A DNA stretch of 64,000 nucleotides, from assembly GCF_006345805.1 (NCBI RefSeq), contig NC_043001.1, positions 52,390,001 to 52,454,000 on the forward strand, written 5' to 3'. Shown here one piece after another: positions 1 to 14,659 of the stretch. Under the pieces are notes generated by a model. That model was given only the letters and a program-made list of their open reading frames with translations. It did no database searches and was not told the origin of the DNA. The DNA is from Octopus sinensis (lineage: Eukaryota). The first letter of the stretch is position 1. Each line of letters begins with the position of its first letter. Position numbers and translations under genes: made by a program.

Positions 1-3000
1 AAAAGAAAAACTTAGGACACTGAAAGAAAAATTACCCCACCCCACCCCACCACTATTCCCCCCAAATGTCAACAGTATCAGATTCCTCCCCATCCTCTTC
101 TCCCCTCGCCGATGAGTACCCCTTGCCATTCTAGATCGGATATCCCTCACCCCCAGACATCACACCTCACCCGCCAAGCACACGCAATCTGTCCCTGATA
201 TCAAGTCCAAGAAAATCTAACAAATATAAGGAAATACAGACTGCAATAAACAATGATATCGAACAATTACAAAAAAGGTTAAAGCAAATACAAACGGCGT
301 CAATTTACAAACATCACCATAAGACTCCAGAAAAGATTGCCATTAATACAATAGATAAAATGAACTATAACGTCTTTAAAAACTACCATCCAACTGAAAT
401 GGGTCCTCCAAGACTTGATTGTAACAAGTCGATGTACGAGGACCTACGTCAGAATATAACCACACGAACCAGTGAAAAAGAGTACCACTGACTAAAGTAA
501 GTCCATGTCAAGCATTCACGTTGGATATATAAATGTGCGTGGCCTGACGTCTAGTTGGAAGCATGGACGCCTCCTAAATGACGTCAGGTCACGGGATTTA
601 GATGTTGTTGTTACTACAGAAACTCGGCTGAAGGGGCCAAGAGATCTGCTCCCGCTGTTTGACGGTTACGAGAGTTTCATCTCTCTGTGCTGTCCTCATT
701 GCGGGATCAGGGTGTTAGTCTTATTAAAAAGAAACCGGTTTTCTAAGAAAAAGTTGATTTTTGCATTCCAGATGGTAGGCTAGTCGTCATCGACATGACG
801 TTCAGCCGTTGTAAGACTATCAGACTTGTTGCAATTATGCACCTCAAGATACGGGGCAAATTGAGTATTATCAGAACCTAGAGACGTTTCTTGGTACATC
901 ACATCCCTTAGTTGTGCTAGGAGATATAACACAATCTGCGATGCACGCGTAGATTGTGTTAATTCCTGTTTTAATAGAAGTGTTGATTGCTTCCAGGATA
1001 TACTAAAACGTGTTGAGCTGATAGATCCATACAGACTGGAATTTTCGAATGCTCCTTTGTGGACATGGACAAATAGTGACGGATCTTCCAGGTCTTATCC
1101 AGATAGAGTATTAATAAGAAAAGTAAATAAGAGGATAGCTAGGTGTCCACAGTTTCTCATGGTCAGCTACAGTGATCACAAGATGGTCACCAGTAAGCTC
1201 GACATAGGTAAGTTATATAGAGGTCCCCGCTACTGAAAAATTAATATGTCCCTTTTGGAAATCAAAGAGTACAGAGACCAAATTAAAATGTTAATTCAGA
1301 GGGCATTAAACGGATCCATTATTAGTAACAAATGCTGGCATGCCCTCAAGTTAGCCATTAGATATGAGCCTATTAGATATAGCATAGGTTTAGTGGATAG
1401 AGAGGCTAGAAGGGAATCAGCTTTAGTTAAGGACTTAGAGGAAGAATTGCGAACTGGCTCTGCGGCTTAGTTGAATGCCAAGAGACTGGTATTAAACCAG
1501 TACCTCGAAGCCAAACACATGGGTTGCATTGTCAGGGGTAGACAACGTTCAATGGGTTGCGAAGGAATCAATGCTGCGGGATGTGCCCGAGTGGTGGAAG
1601 CCCAACGTGGCATCATTGCCACAATTCGATCATTGGCGAACCAGCAAGGTAAGTTGATAGACAAACCCGAGGAGATATGTGAGGTCTTTCAGGACCACTT
1701 CACCCAGCTTTTGGGAGGGGGCGGTGGGCCGAAGTGTAGGAAGGACGTAACGGTCTTCCTCGCCGGTTGTAGGTAGAAGGTAACGGACTTCCTCGCCAGG
1801 TTGCCGCGCCTCTCGGGTCAGGATGCGAGGTGTAGTAAGGGGCCGATCACGTCTGAGGAAGTAAAAGAGGCCATGACTGACTGCGACGCGGGTAGGCGCC
1901 AGGGCCGGATGGTCTGCCCTACGAGCTGTATAAGATTATGCCGGACATTTTGGACATCTATTGTCGAGTGTCTACGCGAACTGGCAACAGAATGGGCTCA
2001 TCTCCAAATCTGTACGTCGGAGAGTGGTGACACTCGTTAGAAAGGACCTGAACAAGGGGGATGTCATTGATAATTTTAGGTCCATCGGTGATCGAAGTTG
2101 GGTACATGGTATACGGGGTGTCGCAAAGCACTCCTGCTCTCTCGTCGATCGGGCAATGCCTGTGGTGGAGGTTCCACCGCGGTCTTTTATAGAGGGTTTG
2201 TAGAGGCGGAATGTGATGATATATTGGGCGAGACCCTAGGTTTTTACGATAAACAGCTGGCCAGTCCAGTCTGTTCCAATGTACATTCGGGCCGAAGACC
2301 CTGGATAATTTTCAGAATTTCTTTGGCATGGCAGTGTTACCGCAGTGCCTTAGCTGTCCGGGATAAACTTTCAAGGCACGGTGGCCGAGACACTCCTATC
2401 CAAGATGTGGGCGGGACAAGGAAACCGTCCCGCACGCTTTTGTTCAGTGCCCGGAAGTGTCTGACGGGTGAGTTTATGCCGAATAATTGATGTTAGGTGG
2501 AGGAAGAGTACAACTGTCGACTAAATCTATAGTGAAAATTAACTCATCGGATTTCTTAACGAAAGAACTTAAGAATTGTTTTTCTCTCTGTAGTAGCAAC
2601 TGCGAGAGGGATTATATGGAGGACAAGGATGAAAGGAATAAGGTTAGGCACCTTCATCTCAGGCCCTAATCTGGTGAATTTCTTCATCTTCCCCCTATAA
2701 AGGCAAATAGGGCTGGAGAGATGTTTCACTGAAAACATGTTTGGAAAAAGATGGGAGAATGTCGCATGAACGTTGGGCATGAAAGGCTCCGCGTGAATGC
2801 GATATGGTTTAAAAATCCAGGTCAATGGTAAGGTGGGTTTCGTGGGGTCCGTTATTATCCCGCCTCCACTCCATCTGTTTTGTCTTATTGTGTCCTATCA
2901 TCATACGTATTATATATGTTTTTAGAATTTTTAAAAGGACCCAAACCGCATTTCTAGTAAAATCATTCGATTTCATTGTGCTGTCCCTTATATGTCCTTA

Positions 3001-3015
3001 TGGATAATAAAAAAA
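1..3015 (+). mobile_element. Degenerate Tx1/L1-like non-LTR retrotransposon: ORF1 tail, ORF2 fragments, 3' UTR and short A-tail; RT core deleted
   Basis: Stop-free frame 135-491 (Pro/Ser-rich, then coiled-coil-like) ends 13 nt before an ATG at 505. That ATG opens an APE endonuclease N-terminus (YINVRGL...DLDVVVTTETRL). It is followed by ITSEEVKEAM and VVTLVRKDLNKGDVIDNFRSI (start of RT), then jumps to the C-terminal Zn-finger region (LAVRDKLSRHG). Ends in AATAAAAAAAA near 3015. Many stops and frameshifts. Confidence 0.85.
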
Positions 3016-3450
3016 ATAAGAATCGTTAGCATGCCGTGCAAAATGCTCTATGTCATTTCGTCCGCTTTATGTTCAGATTCCAAATTCCAGTTTTCGAGGT
3101 CCATAAAACAATACACGTTGTTCGTTAGGGGTTGATATAATGCTCAATCCCCTTCCTCCGAACATTGCTGGCCTCGTGACAAAATTTGAGACCAATATTT
3201 GGTCAAAGTGATGTGAATGTGAATGAAGAGATTGATCTTCGAACTACCATTTGTGCCACTTAAATATTTCTTAAATCAGGATTTTGAAAATTTAAGTTAA
3301 TAGCTCTTATGAGAATAAAAAAAATAGATTTAATATTTTGTTTCACAAAATGTCTTTTGGCAAAGTTCAATTTTATTCTTATGTGTTCATAATTTAATTT
3401 TATTATTTTGTTAATTGCGAACCGTAGCTGTCTAAGAGTACCGCTTTCAG

Positions 3451-3521
3451 ACATATAGACGATTAGTATCACCATTACTGCTACATTTTAAACCCCCTTC
3501 TGCCTTCAAATGTTTAAACAG
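3451..3521 (+). CDS. Candidate internal exon of an unidentified host gene (TYRRLVSPLLLHFKPPSAFKCLN+2 nt)
   Basis: Acceptor ccgctttcag and consensus donor CAG|GTAAGT. 71 nt with only one open frame. Its 2-nt overhang is compatible with the exon at 21692. No homolog recognised. Confidence 0.4.
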
Positions 3522-6334
3522 GTAAGTGGAACCAGGTGGATGTTGAAGCAAGCCATTAAAAGAACGTAACAAAGACGACACAAAATATTACATCTAGCGC
3601 TCTACTGTTCAGCCATAACTACTTTACGTATTTTGATCATTAATATTTAGTACACTATATATTCTATCATCTAACCTAGTATCTGTGGCAATGTTAGAAA
3701 TCAATAATTTGTGCTTCTAATATAGTGAAATATCTTGAAACTATGTAAATGTATGATACAAATTGGTTATTTTCTCCCAATTATAGAAAGTGTTAAATAC
3801 AATTAACAGTTTAAATGTATGAAATTAGACGACTATTAATAATTCTCATAGTATTAAGTTATTTTGTATGCAGTATTTAGATTATTTGAAAAATAATTGA
3901 CGTTTCTCTGTTGTGGATGTGGCTCTATAAGGTGCTTGTTTTAAATATCATTTCACGAGAGGTGATGATGAATGTTGAGACGCCAGAAATGAAACGACTA
4001 CAAAAACAATTTGATAAATTTTATTTGTATCAACAATTATAATCATGCCACTTTCGCCGGACATATATACTGAAAACAGCAGAAGCGGAATGATATTCCT
4101 GTTTGATAAATAGATAACGTGAAATATTCATATAATATTTAGTATGGTAGATATTTTTTTAATCTAAAATCTACTATACTTGAATTCAAGTATTACGCTA
4201 ATATCACATACATTGATACTTGAGTGAATTTTAAAATATTTTGCTGAGAGGTTTTCTTTATTTTAGACATTTATATTTATAGCTCTAGTTATGTTCAGCT
4301 CTTTTGTAGATTTCTCAACCCATCTTCTATAATTAGAAATGTTTTAATATACTTCTCATTAAGTGAATCGTGAGTAATAAATACTTTTACTAATTTTAGA
4401 ACAAGCAGATTCTAAAATGTTTTAATAAAACCATAAATGATGGTGATTTGCGAAAGCAAAGGAAGAAAACGTATTTCGCTTTCTAAATAGCAGCTTTGTG
4501 GTGCTAATATTGCTGGAAACCACTCTATGGAAACGGTAAAGTAATGCTTACAGGAAATTCACTCGACCCGTTAAACTTCAGTTGTCTTGCAATACCATGA
4601 TTCCGGAACGAAGAAAGAAATATACTTTTGGCAGAACACCACCCAAGAAACTTCTTAGAAACCTTGATTCTGATATAACCATTTTCATACTGAACTAATA
4701 ATCAATTCGAATAAATCTTATAAAATATTTCGAACATTTTGTCAGTAGCTTGTCCTTGAAAACTATATTAATCAAGTTTACTGTCGATTGGAAGCCCGTA
4801 AGACATTCAATGAGATCATAGATCATGATTATTTTGATTTTAGTGTATTTAAGCGGCAGAACTGTAGTATTATTTTTATGACTACTATATAATTTATCTA
4901 TGCAATTTTGTTGTGATGGATATATTCTTCGTGAAATATATCAATATCTTATGTTCCTTCCATGACTGGAATAATTTCCAGGCATTTACATTTAATTCAA
5001 AGATCGTCAACAATTATTCTCAGTTGAATAAAAGCTTATGATCGTAATACCAAACTAATTATAGTATTTAATCGCACAGAAATTTAACCAACTTTCAGTT
5101 GTAAAATATCTTGGCTACGCCATGTTTTACTACTAAAACGCTACTTAGAATAGTCCTGCAACAATTTTATCGCCACTTTGATCATAACACAAGGAACATA
5201 TAAATTTTATGAGTCGCGTTCTTATTTGTAACTAATATAAAATATACGAGGAAAATATATTACAGTCTAAATTCTAATAACTGTCGCGCATATGTTTAAA
5301 CTGTGTAATAAGGTTGCACGCGCTTCACATTTTACATTCTTTTTCAACTTTCTTTTTTAATGTTTATGTCGCTCTCCTCAGATATGCTTTATAGTTCATT
5401 AAAGGATGTGCAAACAGGAAAAAGAATTTTATGAACAAGGTACATGAATGAAAAATCAACAAAAAGAGATATAGTTTATAGTTGTAGACACGTCATACAA
5501 AGTCATTAAGAAGAGAAAAAAAAATTATATTTAATAGAATATTCATGGAGAAAACTTTCCATTCAATAATTCATGCGATGACTATTTTAGAATACCAAAC
5601 TGAATGCGTTATGGCATTTAGTTTGGCATGGATCTAAGTTCGGATCTCACAAATGTGTAATCTTCATATCACATTAGATTTATCATCATATGATTTAAGT
5701 TTCGTTATCAATTTCACTTCAACTATCTTTAGTTGCGAAGTATTGCTGCCTTTTCTTCATTTTCTCTTATTTTTGTTTTCCTATATAATATTTCTATTTT
5801 CACAGTTGTCAAAATAAAATCACTTGCATTTAATGTTTTCGAACAGCTTACACATTTATTCAGTCATATACAGAAAATCTTTTGTCTGGACTTTCTCACA
5901 TTTCATTAACAATGCTTCCAGTATTGTTTAGTTTTGGGGGAATTATTTCGAAGCATTGACATTTTAGAGAGAAAATATGATTTCAAGAGAGCATAAAATC
6001 ACACATTCTAGAGGAAGGGTAGTCAATGAATTTGGCGTCAATATTTCTGTGGCACATATTTTGTGAAGCCCAGAATGAATAACCACAACGAAACACAAAC
6101 ACACACAGACGCACACACACACACAGATACAATGGTGACTGGAAGCAAAACATACTGAAAGAATCTGATTTCCTACACACTTTGAATGCACTTAAAGAAC
6201 CAGCTGCAACATAGAACTCACTAACATTTAGTGATTAAGTGATATATTTCTTTTCTCTAAAATTTATATCAAACATGACAGAAGAATCTCTTTTTTTTAG
6301 CAAATGATAGTGGGATATTGTTGAACCGACGGTG

Positions 6335-6356
6335 ATAATAATAATACTAATACTAA

Positions 6357-6441
<85 letters not shown>
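6335..6441. repeat. Compound (AAT)n/(ACT)n microsatellite
   Basis: Directly visible. Confidence 0.95.
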
Positions 6442-6999
6442 TGATTTCAATAATTCTTGTATTTGGTTCTTACAAATCAATTATTGAAGTTTGCAACTAT
6501 TGGACAAGACATATTCACACTAAAATGTTGAGTGTTGTAATCAGATAGAGACCACATACCAATTTTGTTTTACCTGAAGCATCATCAAGGAGGCTTTTGT
6601 ATAGTCTTTTGAAAAAAGTAACATGTAAGAACTACCGTTTATCTTTCTTCTATTTTCTGAAGGAAAGTGATTACAGATAACATACCTTATTGAATAGCTT
6701 GAAAAATAAGAATAGAACAAGAGTGAAATGTTTGAAATAGTACCTTCCTTCCTATGACAAGTATTGTGAAAAGGATGAAAACGAAATAATGATCATCGAA
6801 AGATTAACACCTATATCAGAATTACTCATAATAGATTCATTTGATGCTTTTCTCAAACAATACACTAAAAGAACTTTGTAGTACTAACAAACCAGAAACA
6901 CGGAAGAGAAAATAATTTAAGTTTAACAACCAGTGTGTGTATCAAATTCAATTATTTAATTGAGCTTCCTTTCATTTTTATCCAGAAACTATACATACA

Positions 7000-7200
<201 letters not shown>

Positions 7201-7929
7201 CTAGCTGACGTACCCGGTAATTCCCGTGAAAGCAGGGTTTATTCATTGGTTCCGTTCTCATAATTGTTTCGCTAATGCAATAACAACAATACAAAGTATG
7301 TAGGCCTTAAAACGTTTTTGTGCATTTACAGAGAATCCCGAATTGTCTTGCACAGGATCTTGTTTTTAGGATTTCTAGTAATTTATAAATACCCAAGTTG
7401 TGAAGTCAGTTATGTAATATGATGAAATTAGTTAACTGATAGTAAGAATTCAAATGAAGTAGCCTCAAAAAGGCCATTTTTTCGTTCCTAGAGAATATTA
7501 CATTCAGCGATGCTAGTGTTGGTATATTCCTGAATAAGTCACTAACCGAAATGAGTGGATCTATTGTTTAGGAAAATATTATTTACTTGCGTAAAGTTTG
7601 ATCTGGATAAATTGCGAAAATAACATTTACAGTTCAAATACTAAGAAATAAGCATACTCAATTTGATTTATACTCAATGATTTAGGAAAATGAATGGGTT
7701 GTTTCCCTCAGCTGTTAAAATCTTGGCGAACGGGTTATTTTACTTAGCTGTTAAAATTAAATATATTAGATATATATAAGGATCCCTCCGAGTATGCAAT
7801 AAGGTTTCCAGACATGCGTTGTAATCACGCGTCAAGTTTCATCAAAATCGATAAAACGATGTAGGAAGAGTTAGCTAACAACTCCACAAACAAACTCACA
7901 GACAGAATTTCTCACATTTGTAGTATACA
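7201..7929 (-). mobile_element. Non-autonomous Helitron-like element (Lep1/DINE-like architecture)
   Basis: On the minus strand it starts tgtatactacaaatgtgagaaattctgtctg...atcgattttgatgaaacttg, similar to typical TCTATAC 5' ends. It ends cgggaattaccgggtacgtcagCTAG|T (degenerate GC hairpin, then CTAG, then T). Confidence 0.65.
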
Positions 7930-7984
7930 TACATACATACATACATACATACATACATACATACATACATACAGACAGACACAG

Positions 7985-8049
<65 letters not shown>

Positions 8050-8050
8050 C
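7930..8050. repeat. Compound (TACA)n/(CA)n/(TA)n microsatellite
   Basis: Directly visible. Confidence 0.95.
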
Positions 8051-8160
8051 ATACAAAGTGACAAGAAAGGGATGAGAGTTCGATATTAGGTAAATAGAGG
8101 ATTATTTATATATGTATACCTTAGGACAATCATTAATTTGTCATTATAGTACTTAGAGTT

Positions 8161-9454
8161 TCAAATGCCGGAACGAAGAGCTACGACGCATTCTCGTCTT
8201 CTGTTAATGGCAATAGAAGCTCGAAAAACCGTTGGAATCTCGGCAGAGATAATCTTGTCAATATCGTTGGGAGGTATTTTTACGGAGAAGCACATTAGTA
8301 TGTGAGCGTGTCGTAGACCTCTCTTTTGCCATTCAGCAGTATACATATCACATCTAACGGCGCCACATATTTGACCTCCCTTAAGTTTGATAAGCTTCAG
8401 CCAGAAGACACGCGCTAGGTCTTTCACATGCTGGCCTGGAAACAATTCAGTTTCGATGTTTTACGAAGGATTGCTGATGAATGTAATGAATAAATCAGGC
8501 CTGCCGTAATGATGTACATAAGTCATAGCATCTTGCGTCCTTTCATACATATACCGCGGGCTTCCAGTGAAGGAGCATGGCAGAATGCAGTGTTTGCCTA
8601 CGCTATATGGTACTGCATCATTCATGAGGGCTTCTCGCAGATAAATGTAGCTATCCGAACGCAACTACTTCTGGTGTGTTCATAAACAGAGCCTCTTTGA
8701 ATCCATTTTGGCGAACACAGCAAACTGATGAAAAAGTTTTCTTGAGCAGTGCATATGGTTGAAGGAAACCGTTTTGTTGGTTACGCAATCCGAAATGTCT
8801 GATTTGCGCTGATGAATTTCAAACCGGTAGCCGTCCTCTCCTCTCACAGAGAGCAGTGGGTATTGCAAGGCGTCATAAGATCTGTGCGTCTCGCATATAC
8901 GGTGATGGGCGTTGTCACTGCGTTTAAGGACAATGTCTCAGCGGTTATATTGATTACCGTGAAGAAGAACAGCTACTTCGTTGCATGTAGGTAAGTTGAA
9001 GCGTCCAGAGTGTTCGCTCGAAGTACGTTTTGAGGCCTCTATGACAACATTGAAATTTGATGAAGGAGCTGCCTCCAATGCATACTTGAAGCTTAAAACG
9101 TAGTACGTAGTTGTTGAATGTGTGAAGAATATCTTGCAGGATTCGGATGCTGTGGAGGTCTGTGCCAGGTGAAATTGAGTACCGCATTGCAACTTGTTCG
9201 TTGGGATTATAAACAAAGTAAAGTTGGAGAAATTGTGGGTCTTGGTTGGCGGCAAGTGCAGGCGGTCCAGTTCTATGGTATACCTGGCCTTGAAGCTTAA
9301 ACGTGGGCATGAATCCCCCTTCTCGCACAATATTTGCTCCGAAAGATGTCATCTGAAAGGCGCAATTGTACTTCCGGATGCAACTAAGAAAGTGCTTCGA
9401 TTCAACTGTGAAGAGAAGCTTTAGCGGCTCTGGTGTGTCTTCGAGTTGAGGCAA
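8161..9454 (-). pseudogene. Helitron Rep/helicase fragment (N-terminal Rep region with HUH motif), frameshifted; helicase domain absent
   Basis: Diagnostic Helitron motifs in successive ORF pieces: IRKYNCAFQMTSFGA, FKLQGQVYHR, PQFLQLYF, LPCSFTGSPRYM, YGRPDLFITF and EWQKRGLRHAHIL. Confidence 0.92.
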
Positions 9455-9889
9455 TTAGTCACTGGTAGCAAAGAATTTTTCTAATATTTTTGTTTGCTAC
9501 CCTGAAATTTATTAATTAATGATAAAATGTTTTTTTGGCTAATTTTGAAATAAAATCGGCATTTTTTGTATCTGCTGGCGATATAATCCCGCGCGTGCGC
9601 GGTGAATTTTGAAATATAACATGTAACCACGAGGCATGGTTTTTATCGCTTCGTGTTTATATGTTAATCTTGGCTTTCTTGCTAATGATAGCTTCGCCAA
9701 TGTAAATTACTTTAATTCACTAAAGGTTGCTTGAAACCATGCATGGTACAGGAAATAAAGGGTAACGGTTTTTTTTATTTTTCATTCCCCTTCGAAATTA
9801 CCCCTAATAGTAGTTTGGAGTTTAACTACTCTTTCTAGCGAGTCAGATGTCCTGTTATGGCCATCTCTTATATGTTTAAATGTACACTG

Positions 9890-9920
<31 letters not shown>

Positions 9921-10356
9921 GATTATATATAATACGTGCGTATGTTCGCGTGTGTGTAACATGCCTGTGTGCGCGTTAGTGTGAGTACGTCGCTTATTTG
10001 CATTATATTACTACTTATCCGGGGTTTCAATATAGTTTGTCTAACTCTACATGATACATGTTGTTTGCTTCCTATTTGCTTCCAATTTATTTATGTTGAC
10101 TATGTAACGATTTCCTACCAGTCTACATATAAGCTTTCAAGCATACATAAGTGCAAGTACAAAGCAAGACTAATACAATAGAAAATTTACTGTATCAAAT
10201 GAGCTAATGAACCAGGAATATTTCATAAAATGTGTATAAGTATATGGTAAACCTATGATGCATATATAAATATATATTTACTCACAAATGTATGATTCGC
10301 TACGTCTACATGTCTATATTCATGTGTAAGCATGTACATATATATAAATATGTATC

Positions 10357-10399
<43 letters not shown>

Positions 10400-10679
10400 A
10401 TGAGTGCCTGTGTCGATACACAATTGTTCATATGTACAGCAATATTCATAATGGCCACACAAATACTCAACTGAATATGTCTAATGTATAAATTTATATG
10501 ATATAGGGGACTTAATGTTAGTACAATGAAATGCATATATACACATACATACACACGGGCATGCATATATATCTACATATTTTTATATGCATGCATGCAT
10601 AAACAAATACGTATATATTTTTTATAAATATGTATAAAAAATCTGCTCTTAAGCTACCAGGTACTCTTCGCTCAGGTGG

Positions 10680-11365
10680 CATCAGACATTATGGCATCAA
10701 TCACCAGTAATCGATAAAAAAATAAAGCTGGAATACCCACGTAAACAAAAACGTTGACATGGGCTTTCTCCTCGATCCTTGAGACTTTTCGGTCTGGAGA
10801 GGCTCCTAACATTATCCTTCTCCTCTTCACCTTCTCCATAGTTTCCCTACATGAAACAAAATATTATAACAATTAAGGAACATTTATCACTAGAAAACTA
10901 GACAGGAACACAGATCTTGATCATTGAGATGGTTTCCAGAAACTCAAATTTTATTCCTTTCAACATCGCCGTGAGCTCTATAACATTTTTATGATGTAGA
11001 AAATATTCCAACAATATTGCTCAAATTATTTTGGAATCAACTTTAAAACTCACACAAGACTTGTTGTACGTAGTCTACAAAAGTCATATTCGTGTCACAT
11101 AACAAGACAGAACTATTTCATCTCAACTAGACCGACTTTCTTTTATATGTTATCAAGACAAATAAGAGAAGAAAATATACCCTAACATTCAAAGGGTTCT
11201 TGGACGAATATATCCAAGAAATCCAGCTAAACCGCATGCACCGAATATATCTTTGCAAATAAACTTTACTCGAATCGGCTATGTTACCCAAACATCTTCT
11301 CCGGATAATGCTATTAAGTTAGACATGGTCTGGGCCAATTCAGGCCGAAACTTATGTAAGTATCT
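10680..11365 (+). mobile_element. Old CR1-like LINE 3' remnant
   Basis: SWNTHVNK-like and FK..LD-like remnants. The 3' end gttagacatggtctgggcc...ggccgaaacttatg matches the 3' end of the CR1-like element at ~56755-56795. Confidence 0.7.
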
Positions 11366-12039
11366 AAATATCCAAGTATTTAGCAGAACTCTAGTGAAAT
11401 AGAACATAAGGAATCAGCGAATTTGGTAGCTTTCAATGGAGGTTTTCAGTTTAAGGCATTATGACTGCATTGTTTTAATTTAACGTAAAATGTCAGCAAA
11501 ACTGAAAATCATGGAAATCTGAACAATATGAGTTTGAACATGGAGTAATTAAACAAAAATTCGGGATATGTTAGAGTCGAATGTATGTTTAAATTTAGGT
11601 GTAAGAGTACAATTTAAGCTTATTTTGCCGCATAACGTCCATATGGTATAGACATTTCGAAAATCTTCGCGTAGTGTTATTAATTTCGATAGGCAACATT
11701 TTCATTCAAGTTTGCATCACTATCTATGCACAGTATTATACTATGGATAATCTGATGATTTAGCTTTGTAGAATGTTCAGCATACATATTGTTACAAATA
11801 TGTATACATAAATTTGCATCGAGAAATTATGTGAGTTTCTTATGTGAGATTCTTAAATATATTTTCCTTTCAAACCTCCCGATTTTTTACGTTGTTATTG
11901 TATTTAAATATATGTATGAGTCTATGTGAGTCTTTGTGTGTGTGTGCGTGTGTATGTGTGTGTATGAGTGTTGGCGTGGCTGTATGGTAAGACATTTGTT
12001 CCCCAACAATTATGATTTCGGTTTAATCCTACTAAGTGG

Positions 12040-12385
12040 TATCTTCGGCAAGTGCTGACCAAAACGTTGCGAGTAGGTTCGCTAAACAGGGAATGAAAGA
12101 AGCTCATCGTTTGAACTCAGAACGTAAAGACGAACGAAATGCCGCTAAGCATTTTGCTCGGAGTGTTAATAATTCTGCGAGTTCACTGTTTAAACAAAAT
12201 ATAAATATTAGTTTCAAATTCTGGCACAGGGCCAATGAATTCAGTTGACTTCATAGTCCCCAGCGCTCAGCAGTTACTTATTTTATTGACCCCGAAAATA
12301 TAAAAGTTAAATTCCTTCTCAGCGGGATTTGATCGCCGAACGAACGAAATGCCGTTGAGCAGTCTACCAGCACACTGCCTTAGCA
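12040..12385 (-). mobile_element. Degenerate tRNA-derived SINE fragments (two pieces)
   Basis: Similar to the better preserved copies at 15201-15437 and 42640-42872. Confidence 0.7.
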
Positions 12386-14039
12386 AGATGTAAATACTGA
12401 AAATGATTTTGATATACATCTTTAATACAGATGGATGTGATGTAGAAAAATTTCCAGAGGGGGAAACTGAAACAAATCATAATTAATGTCTGAAAAATAA
12501 ATCAACATTAAAGTTCAAAGAAGCATTCAACTATGAATAAAAATATTAAGAATGTTTTTTTATTTTCAAGTATCTTATATGCGCGTTTATATTACGAACT
12601 TCGACATTTTCTTTGTAGTTTGCTTACTAAAGTATTTTCTCTTCATTAAATTACTGTAATGGAGTATTCGAATCACCAGGAGGTATTTTGTACCAAGACA
12701 TACAGGGAAAGGTACTTTTAAAAATATGTTTTGTATTCTCTGCTGCGTTTTCTTCAAGAAGGTCTCTAAAACAGGGCACTAAATGAAGTACCCAATGAAG
12801 TACGCTCTGATAAAAAATATAAAAGTCAAACAAATTTTTAGGATAAAATAAATGAAGCATCTGTTTTGTTTTCATTGCAAAGCACGCAAGAAAATGCCGA
12901 TAAAATGAGCCCCTTCCCATCAGAGATGTATATTATTAACATTAAGTATGATTGCACTTAGTAACATTTGGCATGTTCTAGGAAAAATCCTAATGTCTAT
13001 AAACATGCTAAATTTGATTATTTCCATTTATATGGGCATGAATAACGTAGTTGTTTCAAACAGAATCGACTAAATATTTTGGAATTAACGACATCCAGCA
13101 ATGTGGTGTTTCAGATCCTGTATTGTTTGCGCATTATGTTTCGTTATATTTCACAACGCATTCAACTATATGGACAGTGATATATTTATTTCTCGATTTG
13201 GTGGAGGATTGCAAGCGAACATACTAAGAAGGAAAAACTTGTACTTGATATACTTTTCCGGTTGTTGCATAATTTGTAGTCATATATATTGATTTAGAGT
13301 TAACTGTCGAACACATTTCGAAGGCTTCTAGATCCATCGAACTTACCATAAGTTTGCCAACAGTCATCGTCTTACCAACCTAAGATCACAACGAAGTAAA
13401 TTAATGGAGTAAATCTTATCCAGCCTAACCTTAATTTTCCAGAAAAATTGCATACGGCCAAGATTTAAAATATATACCATTCTGTCCTATTGGGGTAGCA
13501 AAATAAATGCAAGTCTCTATATAGATAGTGATATTGTTGGTATGTTATTTAAAAAAAGGTAAATTGCTGCTCCTTGTCTTGAATGAGAGATGACGTGTTT
13601 TAATGTAGACATGCACGAAGCTATAGTCCTCTCTACCTAGATTTATTCATCCAGAAGTAAGATCACTTCTTGGTCTTATATAACACAACAAGTTTACTTC
13701 CACAAACATCGTTTGAGCACCATCTGAGTTTATTCGGAAGAATTCTGTCCCCAATGCATATACTAAATATTGGTATTTTCAATAAATGGGATAGCCATGT
13801 GATATTTTTCTTATTCAGTGTACACTTAAATGGATTGTACATATATATCGGGTGGATAAAGAATGTCTATCCATCTATTATACAGCCATCTTTAATACAA
13901 TGCACAAAATGTTGGGGGGACATTGAAAATTTATCTATTTCAAATATGAAAAAAAAAAAAAATACTGAGGAAATTAATACATAATATCATAAGAAGGGTT
14001 GACTCCTGGAAATAAATTAAGTAGCTATGAATTGAGAAA

Positions 14040-14465
14040 ATATACATATTCGGCTAGTCACCATTTTCTTTGCTTATTTTTCATACTTAACTCTCTTTAA
14101 GCGATAATCTAATTCGTCTATAATATGTGATATTCTTCATCTTTCCTTTCTTTTGCAAATGTTGTGCCCTCCGTAGTTTATTGATTCCTCTATATTTGCA
14201 TTCTAAGATTGATCTAGCTGTCTTATTTCAGTTTAGTTATCTAGCATCATATTCCTGTTCTTAACTAGATTTTCTTCCTCCAAGGTTATTTTGGTACATT
14301 TTTCTAAGCTATTCAAATGCTTCAATGCTAGACAGAAAAGGGAGTGGGAAGAGGAAGGCTCCTTGGGGTATTCCTTTTCTCATGGGGATGGGTCTAGATT
14401 TAATAATTCCTTCTTTTGTGTGGAATTTTAGAGCTGACAGATATATTCTCATGACATTGCTTTTC
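14040..14465 (-). mobile_element. R4/Dong-like LINE RT fragment
   Basis: Minus-strand remnants of the IRKGIPQG...LPF region and RRIRL.LK.EL, broken by frameshifts. Confidence 0.7.
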
Positions 14466-14469
14466 CAGG

Positions 14470-14575
14470 ATCTTCTTCTTCTTCTTCTTCTTCTTCTTCT
14501 TCTTCTTCTTCTTCTTCTTCTTCTTCTTCTTCTTCTTCTTCTCTTCTTCTTCTTCTCCTTCTTCTTCTTCTTCTA
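14470..14575. repeat. (TCT)n / (GAA)n microsatellite
   Basis: Directly visible. Confidence 0.97.
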
Positions 14576-14659
14576 ACAGCGGCAGCTGCAACAACAACAG
14601 CAATAATGTTTTCAAATGGTATTTTTCCCTTGAAATATATTTCTTCTCACTTTACACAA

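Noticed and set aside
9589-9602. GC hairpin ccgcgc-gt-gcgcgg as a Helitron terminator
   Set aside because: No CTRR terminus at the expected distance on either strand.
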